Shown: piece after piece, positions 1 to 9,719 of the stretch | Numbering within the stretch: the first letter of the stretch is position 1 | Layout of the letters: each line of letters opens with the position of its first letter | Source of the DNA: a virus | Lineage: Duplodnaviria > Caudoviricetes | Reading direction: 5' to 3' (one strand) | IMG/VR virus record: IMGVR_UViG_3300031998_000008 | Coordinates: 32,001 to 96,000 of that record | DNA length: 64,000 nucleotides | Notes under the pieces: model-generated | Seen by the model: the letters and a program-made list of their open reading frames with translations, nothing else | Told to the model about the DNA's origin: nothing | Databases searched by the model: none | Translations under genes and position numbers: made by a program

Positions 1-2604
1 CATTATATATGTTGTACTTGTTAAATGTGTAAATGTTTTTGGAATACCATTTAAGTCACAATCATTGAATGTTCCAAGCAATATTATATCAGTCGCATAA
101 AGATTAGTTTTTCTATTTAAAGTATCTGATTCTTTACTAAATTCGCATGGTTTTAAATAGTAAACTTTTTGCCCCTTTAGAGTTGTTCCTTCATGACATA
201 TTCCACCATTTACCTTACCAAAAACAGGAGAAATTTTAAATCCTGATTTTTTATGAAAATTATTACCTTTTACGATTTTTGTAGTTAAAATACTAGCATT
301 TGATGCACTACTTGTTGCAGACATAGTATTAATAGGACTATCAACTTTAGATATTATTCTATATCCGTTTACCGTGTCTTCTCTATATCCTATAGCACAT
401 TGTTGAACGTATTTTCTACTGTTACGAAAAATTTTAGTATCATCCATACATCCTTTTATCTTTTCCTTTGCCCAAGTAATCCACAAAAATCTTACTTTTT
501 TCTTCATGAATCTAACCCATCTTGGATTGTATATAACACCATTAATCCAATCGTTATAAAAATCAAAATTAATAACATTATATTCCATTGCAAGATTCAT
601 TTCAATACAAGGTAATAGATAATCTGTTTTTGTTGTTAAACAATGTGTTTCATCTGTTGGGTCTGCATTTTGGTCATCTATTGAATGTGAATCATCAGCA
701 TCTATTCCATCTTTAGGATTTCCATTCTCATCTTTCTCATATTCATTACCGTTTTCATCCTCATTAAGAACATAATATATTGTTTGTTTCATTATATTGT
801 AAGTATAACCAGTTGGTACATTACCAGTGTCATCAGGTGTTTCTCCTGGCGGCGTATCACCTTCAGAGCCCTCATTTCCATCACAATTTATTTGAGATTG
901 GCATTCTACTTTAACACTCTTTAATAACGTGTTAACTACTTCAAAATCAGGCATTGGCGCAAAAAACCAATTTTCTAAATCTGGGCATAAGCCATCTTTT
1001 AAAACGACAAGTTTAAGTTTTTTAATAAAATCAACTAAACTAGGAAACAAACATTTCCACCCAAATTTCCAATTCCAAGGCCACCAACTATCACAAAAAC
1101 TAAACCAATAATATCTAACAGTCGCAATTGATGCGATGATTCGTCCTAAAGCAGCAATTACAAAATTAATTATTTTAGTAACAAAAATAAAAGTTTTTAT
1201 TATGACACACATAATTGTAAACATAAGAGGCAACTTGATTCTTATGTTGTTATATGGCATTGGGCTATTAGGACCAAATTTATTACAATGCTTAATTCCT
1301 GAGAATTTTTCTTTTCTCCAATTGTTGTTCTTTTGAATTCTTGGAATATATGATTTTACAGAATATACATTGTTCCAATATAAATCTCTGAATGATTCAT
1401 CTTTTGTATATGAACCAAACTCATAGTCGTAGTTTTCTTTATAATCTTTTGGGTTGTGAGGAACCAAAACCTTTGCCCTAAAGAAGTTGTCAGGATTATC
1501 TTCAGAATCTTCCATTGATATTCTGAATCTAACAGAGGCTCTTGTTGGAATACCTTTATCTGGATTGTCAGTTGGAACCATATTTCCATATTCATCAGTA
1601 ACCATATAATCAAGATTCATTGGTATTTGATAGCACCAAACACCATTTGCATTGATAAGTTTGTTACCTTTAATTTGAAATTCTTCAACAGAGCCACCAG
1701 GAGTTTTTCTAATCATTTCTATTTTACCTTCTCCTGTTACAAGTTCATCCATATATCCCATTGCATCTGTTGGAACACATTTCTTTGAGAACCCGTTAGA
1801 GTTGTTATCACTAACGATTGAACCCATGAATACACATGTTGGTTCAAATTTGAAATTAACATCTATATCACATCTTGTAAGGCCAATAGTTTCACCAAGG
1901 TCACTATTACCCCAAAATGGATTTACGTTTACAACTTGGTCCTGTGAGAATATCTGACTAAGGTTGTTATAGTCAGTACCACCTTTAAACTTTGTAGGTG
2001 TTTCAAATTGTTCAATTGTATATCCTTTATAAACGAAATCTCTTGGCTTTTGTGATAATATTCCACAATCAGATAAATCCAAATCCATGTGAATTGTATG
2101 AGCACCAGTTGGTACGCCACAAATCATATAGTCACCTGCATTGTTTGTTTTTGTTGTGTATGTATAATAATGGTCAAAAACTTCCAAAATTACATCATTA
2201 TCAAGAGCATATCTTTTAGTTGGGAATGTACCAACAACTTGGTGACACCCATCAACACGCTCATTAGGTAAAAGATTATATCTAACGCCATTTTTATCTT
2301 TTCCAATGCTTGAATTAAATGGATAGATACTTCCAACATCAGTTCCGTTTGCCAAGTCTGCTTCTATGAATATGCTAACCTTTGCATTAGGAATACCAAA
2401 TCCATTATTTGCAATGACACGCCCAACCACAACGCCATAATTTGAGTTGTGCAATTGGTATGCATCTTTACTCTTGATATTAACTGAAAGGACTTCAAAT
2501 GTATCGTAATCCTGAATCAAGTCAGCATTTACTGTAATGTATTCTTGTTTGTTCTCACTACCTACATTGGTCCTTATTCTATATGATTTATTTGCTTCTG
2601 ACAT
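1..2604 (-). CDS. Large conserved virion/baseplate-associated protein (runs off the left edge; absent from the ORF track)
   Basis: ATG at 2604 gives MSEANKSYRIRTNVGSENKQEYITVNADLIQDYDTFEVLSVNIKSKDAYQLHNSNYGVVVGRVIANNGFGIPNAKVSIF. The segments I translated (start, 1021-1260, 1-60) are in the same frame and stop-free, ending ...CDLNGIPKTFTHLTSTTYIM at base 1. It lies downstream of the baseplate wedge genes. Confidence 0.8.
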   Translation of the reverse strand, partial: MSEANKSYRIRTNVGSENKQEYITVNADLIQDYDTFEVLSVNIKSKDAYQLHNSNYGVVVGRVIANNGFGIPNAKVSIFIEADLANGTDVGSIYPFNSSIGKDKNGVRYNLLPNERVDGCHQVVGTFPTKRYALDNDVILEVFDHYYTYTTKTNNAGDYMICGVPTGAHTIHMDLDLSDCGILSQKPRDFVYKGYTIEQFETPTKFKGGTDYNNLSQIFSQDQVVNVNPFWGNSDLGETIGLTRCDIDVNFKFEPTCVFMGSIVSDNNSNGFSKKCVPTDAMGYMDELVTGEGKIEMIRKTPGGSVEEFQIKGNKLINANGVWCYQIPMNLDYMVTDEYGNMVPTDNPDKGIPTRASVRFRISMEDSEDNPDNFFRAKVLVPHNPKDYKENYDYEFGSYTKDESFRDLYWNNVYSVKSYIPRIQKNNNWRKEKFSGIKHCNKFGPNSPMPYNNIRIKLPLMFTIMCVIIKTFIFVTKIINFVIAALGRIIASIATVRYYWFSFCDSWWPWNWKFGWKCLFPSLVDFIKKLKLVVLKDGLCPDLENWFFAPMPDFEVVNTLLKSVKVECQSQINCDGNEGSEGDTPPGETPDDTGNVPTGYTYNIMKQTIYYVLNEDENGNEYEKDENGNPKDGIDADDSHSIDDQNADPTDETHCLTTKTDYLLPCIEMNLAMEYNVINFDFYNDWINGVIYNPRWVRFMKKKVRFLWITWAKEKIKGCMDDTKIFRNSRKYVQQCAIGYREDTVNGYRIISKVDSPINTMSATSSASNASILTTKIVKGNNFHKKSGFKISPVFGKVNGGICHEGTTLKGQKVYYLKPCEFSKESDTLNRKTNLYATDIILLGTFNDCDLNGIPKTFTHLTSTTYIM

Positions 2605-2607
2605 ATT

Positions 2608-2847
2608 TTATTGTGCTATTTTGAAAGTTTTCTTTATGTTAATTGGTTTCTTTGAAAACAAGTGTTTTATGATTAAAAATGCCCCAAAAATAGGAACTAT
2701 CGGTATCATAAGGATAATGAGTAATAAATTCTTTATGCCGCCAAAGAAAGTTTCACGAATATGAGTTGCCTTACTTTTAGGCTGATTATCTCCGTATTTT
2801 CTTTGAAGATAAGATATTTGTTGATTAGTTTTACATCCACATCCCAT
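2608..2847 (-). CDS. Small membrane protein with N-terminal MGCGCK motif
   Basis: 79 aa with one hydrophobic segment (LLLIILMIPIVPIFGAFLII). CTATTTAT motif 19 nt upstream; 3 nt gap to the next gene. Confidence 0.7.
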   Translation of the reverse strand: MGCGCKTNQQISYLQRKYGDNQPKSKATHIRETFFGGIKNLLLIILMIPIVPIFGAFLIIKHLFSKKPINIKKTFKIAQ

Positions 2848-2866
2848 TTGTCTAATATTGTCTTTA

Positions 2867-2874
2867 ATAAATAG
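2867..2874 (-). promoter_or_regulatory. Putative late promoter motif CTATTTAT
   Basis: The same 8-mer occurs 16-32 nt upstream of 12 starts in the window. Confidence 0.65.
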
Positions 2875-2920
2875 TTATTCTTACTTTTTATAATATAAAA
2901 AAAGTGGCATAAATATAAAC

Positions 2921-2948
2921 AAAAAAGAGCGGTAAAACTGCCGCTCTT
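2921..2948 (-). terminator. Rho-independent terminator
   Basis: GAGCGG/CCGCTC stem followed by a T-run on the minus strand, just after the wedge gene. Confidence 0.7.
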
Positions 2949-2971
2949 CCTTTATCATATACGAGTTTATA

Positions 2972-4906
2972 TTACTTTTCTTTAATTCTAATCCTAATGT
3001 CTTTTTCAGGATATTTAACCTCAAACATACTATCACCGTCACTGTAAAGGATTCCGTCAGTTGCTTCAAGGTCAATTAAATCAGCATTTCCATCACCAAG
3101 ATAAACATTTTCACCATCAAAAGCGTTTGATGCGATTGTTTCTTGACCTATAAGTGTTTGTGAATATCCTTCACCATGTTCATTATACACTCTGAAATTA
3201 ATTAAGTTTATAACGCCATCTGTCTTTGATATTTCCTTTTCGATGTCACCTGTATAGATTTCATCTCCCATGAATTTACTATTAACATCAAGGTAATTCT
3301 TTATGACGTTAATAATGTCTGATATGACAACTGTTTTTTCATAGTTTTTATCAATGATTACGTCAACATCAAATGAAAGGTTAATTATCTTTCCACTTTT
3401 AATTTCAACAAAATCATTAATCATTCTATATCCAGAAAGATAATTCATCATATTGTTTACAAGTGTTATAGGTATAAGGTCGTTTAATTTTCCTTCTCCG
3501 TCAATACCAAGAAGATAAATCATAATTTTATTGTTTTCTTCCATAACACCAACTCTAAATGGCGTTCCGTATTTAGGAGGAAGCCTTAATATTCTATCAA
3601 TATAATCCTTAACTGTTACACACCTGTTTTGAGCGCCTTGATTGTATTTTATCAAATATTTCAATTCACGTTCACTTGGCATATCTTTACCTGATACTGA
3701 AGGAGTTGTATTTTCAACTTTAAGTGTTTGATATATAGCATTTGCAATTTGAGCATCACCCCTAAATTCAGCATTTAAAGATGAAATTTTGTTGATAGCA
3801 CCTGCGGCAACATTACTTGATTTACCGCCTCCTATTCTATACAATATGAACAATGTTGTATCCGCATTAGGCAAAATTCCTAAGTTATTATTATTTAATA
3901 TCCTTGTTATTTGCCATTTTGAGAATGCAGCCATATCATTACCCACATTTGCATATTCAGTTCCATTACCTGAACCAAATATAATCTTCAAATAACCATT
4001 GTCCATATATTCAGTTATGAATTTTCTCCTTATAGGTTTCCACTCACCCTTTGTTATATAGAAAACTGGTTTGTTTTTACCTTCACTATAAGCGGTTCCA
4101 TCTGAACCATAAGTGTACATAACAGGCTTACCGTTATTTTCTTGGTCAAGCCATGCCCAATTTTGTGCAAGATTATCAACTTCATAATATCTATTGTAAG
4201 TTCCAGGACATCCACTTGAATAAAAATCGCCATATGGTGGTGGAGTTACCCTTGTATCAACGCCATTCCATTCCAATATTGATTCAATGTTCATAACACC
4301 TTCAAATGGCAATATAACTTCCATGAATGGATAAATGTCGCTTGCGTGAAGTACCTGTCTATAAACACGTGTTTCACCTGCCGTAACAACAGCAAGTTTT
4401 GAAACTGTATATCCTGTTATTATGCCATTTGTGTTTACCTTTGGAACTATTGTTCTGTTTGTGTTTCCATTTGAATCAAATTGTAATTTAAAATCAACGT
4501 CTTCAAGCAACTCAAATGATTGTGAAGTTGATGCAAATTTTGTACCTCTTTTTACAATTGGTGCTACTGACCATTCAGGTTTGTTAGAACCAACAGGTAA
4601 AACACAACTGATTTTTACCTCAGCCATTGAACCTTTTGGTCCTGGAATCTTAACACCATTATTTCTTGCTATTGCATATAAAGAGCCTTTTTCTTGTGCG
4701 CTGTCAATATTTGTTTCCTGATAAACCCTATCAATGTGATATGACAAATTGTCAGCAACATCAGCTGCCAAATCTATTTGCCATGCAGCAACTGAAGCAT
4801 CGTCATATGATATATTAAAATCAGGATAATATTTCTTAGAAAATTCAATTAAAGCATCCTTGTAATCTTCAAAAGTCCTGTTTAGATATGAAATACCCTT
4901 TTCCAT
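2972..4906 (-). CDS. Baseplate wedge protein (T4 gp6 / baseplate J-like)
   Basis: N-terminal ISYLNRTFEDYK...LSYHIDRVYQETNIDSAQ, plus YRIGGG and AQNRCVTVKDY, typical of gp6-like wedges; adjacent to the gp25-like gene. Confidence 0.85.
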   Translation of the reverse strand: MEKGISYLNRTFEDYKDALIEFSKKYYPDFNISYDDASVAAWQIDLAADVADNLSYHIDRVYQETNIDSAQEKGSLYAIARNNGVKIPGPKGSMAEVKISCVLPVGSNKPEWSVAPIVKRGTKFASTSQSFELLEDVDFKLQFDSNGNTNRTIVPKVNTNGIITGYTVSKLAVVTAGETRVYRQVLHASDIYPFMEVILPFEGVMNIESILEWNGVDTRVTPPPYGDFYSSGCPGTYNRYYEVDNLAQNWAWLDQENNGKPVMYTYGSDGTAYSEGKNKPVFYITKGEWKPIRRKFITEYMDNGYLKIIFGSGNGTEYANVGNDMAAFSKWQITRILNNNNLGILPNADTTLFILYRIGGGKSSNVAAGAINKISSLNAEFRGDAQIANAIYQTLKVENTTPSVSGKDMPSERELKYLIKYNQGAQNRCVTVKDYIDRILRLPPKYGTPFRVGVMEENNKIMIYLLGIDGEGKLNDLIPITLVNNMMNYLSGYRMINDFVEIKSGKIINLSFDVDVIIDKNYEKTVVISDIINVIKNYLDVNSKFMGDEIYTGDIEKEISKTDGVINLINFRVYNEHGEGYSQTLIGQETIASNAFDGENVYLGDGNADLIDLEATDGILYSDGDSMFEVKYPEKDIRIRIKEK

Positions 4907-5295
4907 TATATCTTAACTCCTACTGTTGTTATTTCAGTCTTATTACCAACTTTAACGCCATATTCAACAGTCACGATTATGGCATTTTCGTCATTTTCAT
5001 CTTGGAAAATATTGAAATCTCTAAACTCAACTTCAGGTACATACCTTTTTATTGAACTTGAAATTTCATTTTTTATTTCCGAAATTGAATAATTGTCATT
5101 TGGGCTAAATATGTACTTTATCAAGTCAGTACCAAACTCAGGGTCTCTTAATTTTTGTCCCTTTGGGGTAAATATCACATGTAAAACTTTTGATTTGACG
5201 CATTCAGTCTCATTGTTATTTACATCAAGATAAATGCCATCTTCATTGTTTGAAGAAAACGGATATTTTATTCCATATTTTTGATGTTTAGCCAT
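4906..5295 (-). CDS. Baseplate wedge subunit, gp25/GPW family
   Basis: GIKYPF...IFTPKGQKLRDPEFGTDL signature; 129 aa. Confidence 0.85.
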   Translation of the reverse strand: MAKHQKYGIKYPFSSNNEDGIYLDVNNNETECVKSKVLHVIFTPKGQKLRDPEFGTDLIKYIFSPNDNYSISEIKNEISSSIKRYVPEVEFRDFNIFQDENDENAIIVTVEYGVKVGNKTEITTVGVKI

Positions 5296-5314
5296 TAAAT
5301 TATGTTTTTCTTAA

Positions 5315-5322
5315 ATAAATAG
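5315..5322 (-). promoter_or_regulatory. Putative late promoter motif CTATTTAT
   Basis: 19 nt upstream of the gp25-like ATG. Confidence 0.65.
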
Positions 5323-5327
5323 TTAAA

Positions 5328-6146
5328 TTAATGTTTTATAAGTTCAATTTTATAAACACCATTATTTAATTCTATAACCGTTGGTTTCCTTACAATTTTA
5401 TTGAAATCAACAGCAACTTTTAGTCTGTCAACATAATGCCAAATTAACTTCATTGCACTTATCATAACATCATTGTCAGACCTTTCAATATCCCTTATTT
5501 TTGTGTTCACATAGAAATATTGATTAGCGTCATTAAAATTAAAATCTTCAATATAATCAATTGAGTTTAATTCAATAAATTGATTTATAACTTCAAGGCC
5601 ACGAGAATTCCTATGTTTCAATAAACACAATGTAATGACTTCATCATTTGGGTATTTTCTTTCCATGAAATCATTAGCGGATTCAATTATTTCATCAACA
5701 AGTGATTTATGGACCAATATAAAGTCACCACGAAAGAATGGAACATGTGTAACAGGAAATATAAGTTTGCCACCATATACTTTATCATTATCAATAAACT
5801 CGCTATTTACAAACAAATCAACTAAGTCAATGTTTATAACAGTTGCTGTGTTTGTGAACAATATATAATCATAATCAACATTTTGCTCATTAAGAAGTAT
5901 AAGACTTTTTAGTGTTTTTTCACCTGTATCATAATATCCATCTTTACTTTTTGTGAAGATGATATGGTTATCATTGTCTATATAATCTTTCTCTGATGAA
6001 TGCATGAATAATATATTAAAATTATCCTTTTCACCATTAAAGATTCTTTTTCCCCAAGTCTCTTTTATGATATTTTCCTCTTCTATATATTGTTCAATAT
6101 CACATGACAATGACAATATCAAAACTTTTTTCTTATCTGTTCCCAT
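5328..6146 (-). CDS. Putative glycosyltransferase (GT-A, GT31/galactosyltransferase-like)
   Basis: Motifs IKETW, EKT, YDYILFTNTATVIN, VYGG, FFRG and ND. Paralogue of 39201..39998 and next to a large GT. Confidence 0.55.
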   Translation of the reverse strand: MGTDKKKVLILSLSCDIEQYIEEENIIKETWGKRIFNGEKDNFNILFMHSSEKDYIDNDNHIIFTKSKDGYYDTGEKTLKSLILLNEQNVDYDYILFTNTATVINIDLVDLFVNSEFIDNDKVYGGKLIFPVTHVPFFRGDFILVHKSLVDEIIESANDFMERKYPNDEVITLCLLKHRNSRGLEVINQFIELNSIDYIEDFNFNDANQYFYVNTKIRDIERSDNDVMISAMKLIWHYVDRLKVAVDFNKIVRKPTVIELNNGVYKIELIKH

Positions 6147-6155
6147 AAATTAGAA

Positions 6156-8942
6156 TTAGGTGTACATATTATCTTCCATCTTGACATATGGTAACTTATA
6201 AATCTTATCATCGCTGAAGTTATGTTGTAACCATAATGTCCAAATTCTTTCTGACAAGAATCCACCGATTTCTGTTTGCCATTTTACAGCAGCCTCATTA
6301 ACAGGCTCTTTTTCATATCTGATATACTTACCAGTTTCAATGTTATAATTGACATGCTCAATCAATTCTTCCTGAGTATGAATATGCGCCATATCCAAAT
6401 AATGAGTAAGGCAATCAAATAAAAATTCACAATACCTATTATAATCTTCAGATTTCATTATGAATCCATTTGAATAATAAAGATTTTCACCATTCTTTAT
6501 ATATTTGTCATAATCTTTTGCATATTCAGGATGGAAATGCTTAATTGCGACTTCCAATATGTACAAATCATCAATACAATTTGAAAATTTATATCCTTCC
6601 TCAACTGTATTTGCAGGAATGCACATTGGTTGGTCTTTTGTTGGCTTGCTATTTTCAGGATGGTTGAATGGCTCACATGTGATTACATCATATTTATCAA
6701 AGATTTCTTCAAAATTCATGGTTTCATTAACACCTGAAAGCGGCCTTCTATATTGCATTTGACCTTTATAATCAGCATCATTAACATTTTTCCAAATCCA
6801 ATATATTCCCGTGTTTTCGACATAGAAAAAGTTTAGCATTGAAATGTTATCTTCCGTATTGTCTTTCAAGTTGCAAACATTTGTTCCATTTGCAGCTCCA
6901 ACTTGTAAAGGTGTCACAACTTTGTCATCCAAGAATTTGAAATTCTTTCTTGAATAGCACAATGAAAAAATTTGTATATCTTTATTTTTTTCTCCATTAA
7001 ACGGAACAAGATAACTAACATCAACACCCAATGTTTTTTTGAAATATTCAACCTTTTCTTCAGTTACTTCATTTCTCTTGAAGAATAATTCAATAAGTTC
7101 TTTATTTTTAATTGGATTACCATCACAGAATCCCCTTTTAACCTTGTTTGCATATTCTTCAGCAGTTTTTGTTGTAAAATGAAGAAGCCCACCCCTTCTA
7201 AAGTCATAAGGAGCAAATGGTAACTTTGAATCGCATGGAATGCCAAATGAGTTACAGCATCTAATATTATCGTCTATTGGAGTGTGTGGAGTTTGTGCAT
7301 ATGTTATTTTTTCTAATCCCCCTCTAATGATTGATTTTATATGAAATGTATCAGGAATATTATATCCTGTTGATAAATTAACATCCAATGGGATTTTAAA
7401 TCTAGCCAAAACAGGTAAACCATTATCATAAATCATGCCACAATCGCCAAATAAAAGCCAATTCAAGTGAATCATGTCGAAATCTTTGAATGCTTTATCT
7501 GATAAGTATTCTTCAACATTTCTACAATTATTAAGAAACAAAAATTCATCTATATCAAAAAATGCAATCCAATCATATTTATCGCCATATTCAGCATAAC
7601 ATTCATTATATGCTTTAAATTGGCATGGAGTAGTTATATTTCTATAATCTTTTAGAATTACATAGCCACTTTTAATATAATCACCTATTACGGTATTGAA
7701 ATCATCTTCATTATCTCTATTGTTGTCATACAAACAAATATTTGTAAACCCAAAGTTTTTATTATATTCAACGTATTCTCTAATATACTTGTTTTCAAGC
7801 CTTCCAATACAACAAAGAAGAACTTTTAAATCGTTTGCATCTTCAACTTTTTCATTAAAAATCTTTTCAAATGACTTAGCGACTTTATCCCATGTATAAT
7901 TTTCAACACATTTTAATGATGATTCGACTTTTGAAAGCCTATATTTTTCATCCTTTAAGCATCTTATGGCATCTTCCGCTAACACGTCATAAAATTTTTC
8001 AAGATTATCATAATTCATTGGCTCCTTATCATCATCATAAAGTTCAGACCCAACAAATCCATTATAATCCTTTAATGTTGTTGTAAAACATCCCCATCTA
8101 CCTAAAATACATGCATTTTTTGCAAGCGCATTTTCAATGGATGTAACTGAAAAAGTTTCATCGCTTTTATTATACTCGTAATCATATCCATGGTTTGGAT
8201 ATACCCAAATTTTAGATTCGCATTGTCTTCTTACTAATTCACTTTTTGTAAGATTTCCAAGCAAATTTATACCATCTTGATTAAATGATTTTATTTTATA
8301 ACCATTATCCCTGTATGAACATATATCAACTTCAAAATCAGGAACTTCTTCTTTTATTTTTGGAAAAATATTTTCAACGAAAAATCTAACGCCTTTATTA
8401 AATCCACTTGAAAACACCATTTTATTTCTTTTTTCAAGACCATTTAAGCCTTCATACAATTCTTTTTCTACACCATCAAATACCACACATACTTTATTCT
8501 CAGTTATGTTGTATTTTTTCTTAATTATGTTTGCTTGAAAATCGGATTTGCAGAATATTTTTTTAACCCTATCTAAAGTATCAACTTTAATATTGCCAAT
8601 AACATTTATATCATGGCACATAAGAAATATGCTATCACAATTTGTTATCTCTTTTAATGGTTCGGTTGTACGGCTTAAAATAATGTGGTCAAATTGTATT
8701 TCTGAGCAAGTATCTTTAAATGATTGAATTGATTTATATTTTACCGTGTTTTTACCAACTAATATGTCATGCTCGTTTGTTGGATTCCCAAAAACATAAA
8801 CATCATACCCACATTTTGCAAATTCTTCTGACAATTTAATTGCCCATATTTCAGAACTTCCAATTCTTCCTATATTATAGTTGTTTTCATCCCATTTGAA
8901 ATTCATATCAGGGATAAAGCAATAAATACCTAATGTCTTCAT
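6156..8942 (-). CDS. Three-domain glycosyltransferase (GT-B/GT4-like + GT-A GT2/GT92-like + DUF4422-like)
   Basis: Domain 1: GSSEIWA...ETFSVTSIE (E-x7-E). Domain 2: YIREYVEY...LYDNN...WIAFFDIDEF. Domain 3: PLQVGA, DNIS..N..Y.E.TG.YW.WKN, YRR, GFLSER. Confidence 0.8.
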   Translation of the reverse strand: MKTLGIYCFIPDMNFKWDENNYNIGRIGSSEIWAIKLSEEFAKCGYDVYVFGNPTNEHDILVGKNTVKYKSIQSFKDTCSEIQFDHIILSRTTEPLKEITNCDSIFLMCHDINVIGNIKVDTLDRVKKIFCKSDFQANIIKKKYNITENKVCVVFDGVEKELYEGLNGLEKRNKMVFSSGFNKGVRFFVENIFPKIKEEVPDFEVDICSYRDNGYKIKSFNQDGINLLGNLTKSELVRRQCESKIWVYPNHGYDYEYNKSDETFSVTSIENALAKNACILGRWGCFTTTLKDYNGFVGSELYDDDKEPMNYDNLEKFYDVLAEDAIRCLKDEKYRLSKVESSLKCVENYTWDKVAKSFEKIFNEKVEDANDLKVLLCCIGRLENKYIREYVEYNKNFGFTNICLYDNNRDNEDDFNTVIGDYIKSGYVILKDYRNITTPCQFKAYNECYAEYGDKYDWIAFFDIDEFLFLNNCRNVEEYLSDKAFKDFDMIHLNWLLFGDCGMIYDNGLPVLARFKIPLDVNLSTGYNIPDTFHIKSIIRGGLEKITYAQTPHTPIDDNIRCCNSFGIPCDSKLPFAPYDFRRGGLLHFTTKTAEEYANKVKRGFCDGNPIKNKELIELFFKRNEVTEEKVEYFKKTLGVDVSYLVPFNGEKNKDIQIFSLCYSRKNFKFLDDKVVTPLQVGAANGTNVCNLKDNTEDNISMLNFFYVENTGIYWIWKNVNDADYKGQMQYRRPLSGVNETMNFEEIFDKYDVITCEPFNHPENSKPTKDQPMCIPANTVEEGYKFSNCIDDLYILEVAIKHFHPEYAKDYDKYIKNGENLYYSNGFIMKSEDYNRYCEFLFDCLTHYLDMAHIHTQEELIEHVNYNIETGKYIRYEKEPVNEAAVKWQTEIGGFLSERIWTLWLQHNFSDDKIYKLPYVKMEDNMYT

Positions 8943-9049
8943 ATATTTTTTTATAAAAATATAGAATATAGAAAATTATAGTAAACACAAAAATAAAAAA
9001 ACACACCTTATTCAAATGTGTATTAAAAATAATATATTACGAAGTAAAT

Positions 9050-9206
9050 TTGCAAGAAAGCCCACTACTTTAGTGGTTGTATTAGTTGCACTGCTGACAG
9101 TGCCATTGGATATATCCAATGTGGTTAATAGGTATAACTTATTAACAAATACGTGCTCTTAAAATTGGTTAAGAGCCCAACGATTTCAATCTTTGTAGTA
9201 TGTCAG
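9050..9206. mobile_element. Degenerate non-autonomous IS200/IS605-type miniature element
   Basis: Left end TTGCAAGAAAGCCCACTACTTTAGTGG and right end CCCAACGATTTCAATC...AGTATGTCA resemble IS200/IS605 subterminal hairpin ends. No ORF; several internal hairpins. Confidence 0.55.
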
Positions 9207-9226
9207 ATTTTTATCAAAATATCAAT

Positions 9227-9715
9227 TTATTTCCAAAATTCTTTTGTTACATCAATCAATTTTTCTCTCGTAAAAACCTTATACATCCTTTGATTCGTTG
9301 TTTCTTTATTTAACGGACCAAACTCTTCAATATAAGGGCCAATTTTAATATAATCAAAATTTTCTTTCATATAATCCTTTATTTTTGGTTGTCCTGAATA
9401 AAGGCAAGTGACTATTCTAAATCCATTTGGGTCACTTATAGAGCCAAAACAATATTTTTCTCTAACATGCTGAGATAATTTGCAAAGAGTTTTAACATCA
9501 TTGCCTTCTCCCATGAATATTACACAGTTTATACCCCAATTTTCTTCTATTAGTCTATCAAGTTCTTCTATTGTTAGTTCTTGACCAATATCTTCACGTA
9601 AATCAGGTGTATGACATCCTATGCAATGATTTTGGCAATTTGTTATGTTTATTGCAAGAGACACATGATGTGGCATCTCTTCAAATACTATAGCGTAATC
9701 TTTGTATTTAATCAT
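9227..9715 (-). CDS. nrdG: Anaerobic ribonucleotide reductase activating enzyme (radical SAM)
   Basis: CQNHCIGC (CxxxCxxC), FMGEG, KIGPYIEEFGPLN..TTNQR. Directly after nrdD; ATG at 9715 preferred. Confidence 0.93.
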   Translation of the reverse strand: MIKYKDYAIVFEEMPHHVSLAINITNCQNHCIGCHTPDLREDIGQELTIEELDRLIEENWGINCVIFMGEGNDVKTLCKLSQHVREKYCFGSISDPNGFRIVTCLYSGQPKIKDYMKENFDYIKIGPYIEEFGPLNKETTNQRMYKVFTREKLIDVTKEFWK

Positions 9716-9719
9716 AGAA

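Noticed and set aside
400-2764. Short ORFs listed in the first 2.7 kb
   Set aside because: They overlap the long minus-strand gene 1..2604 or the 79-aa gene at 2608..2847.
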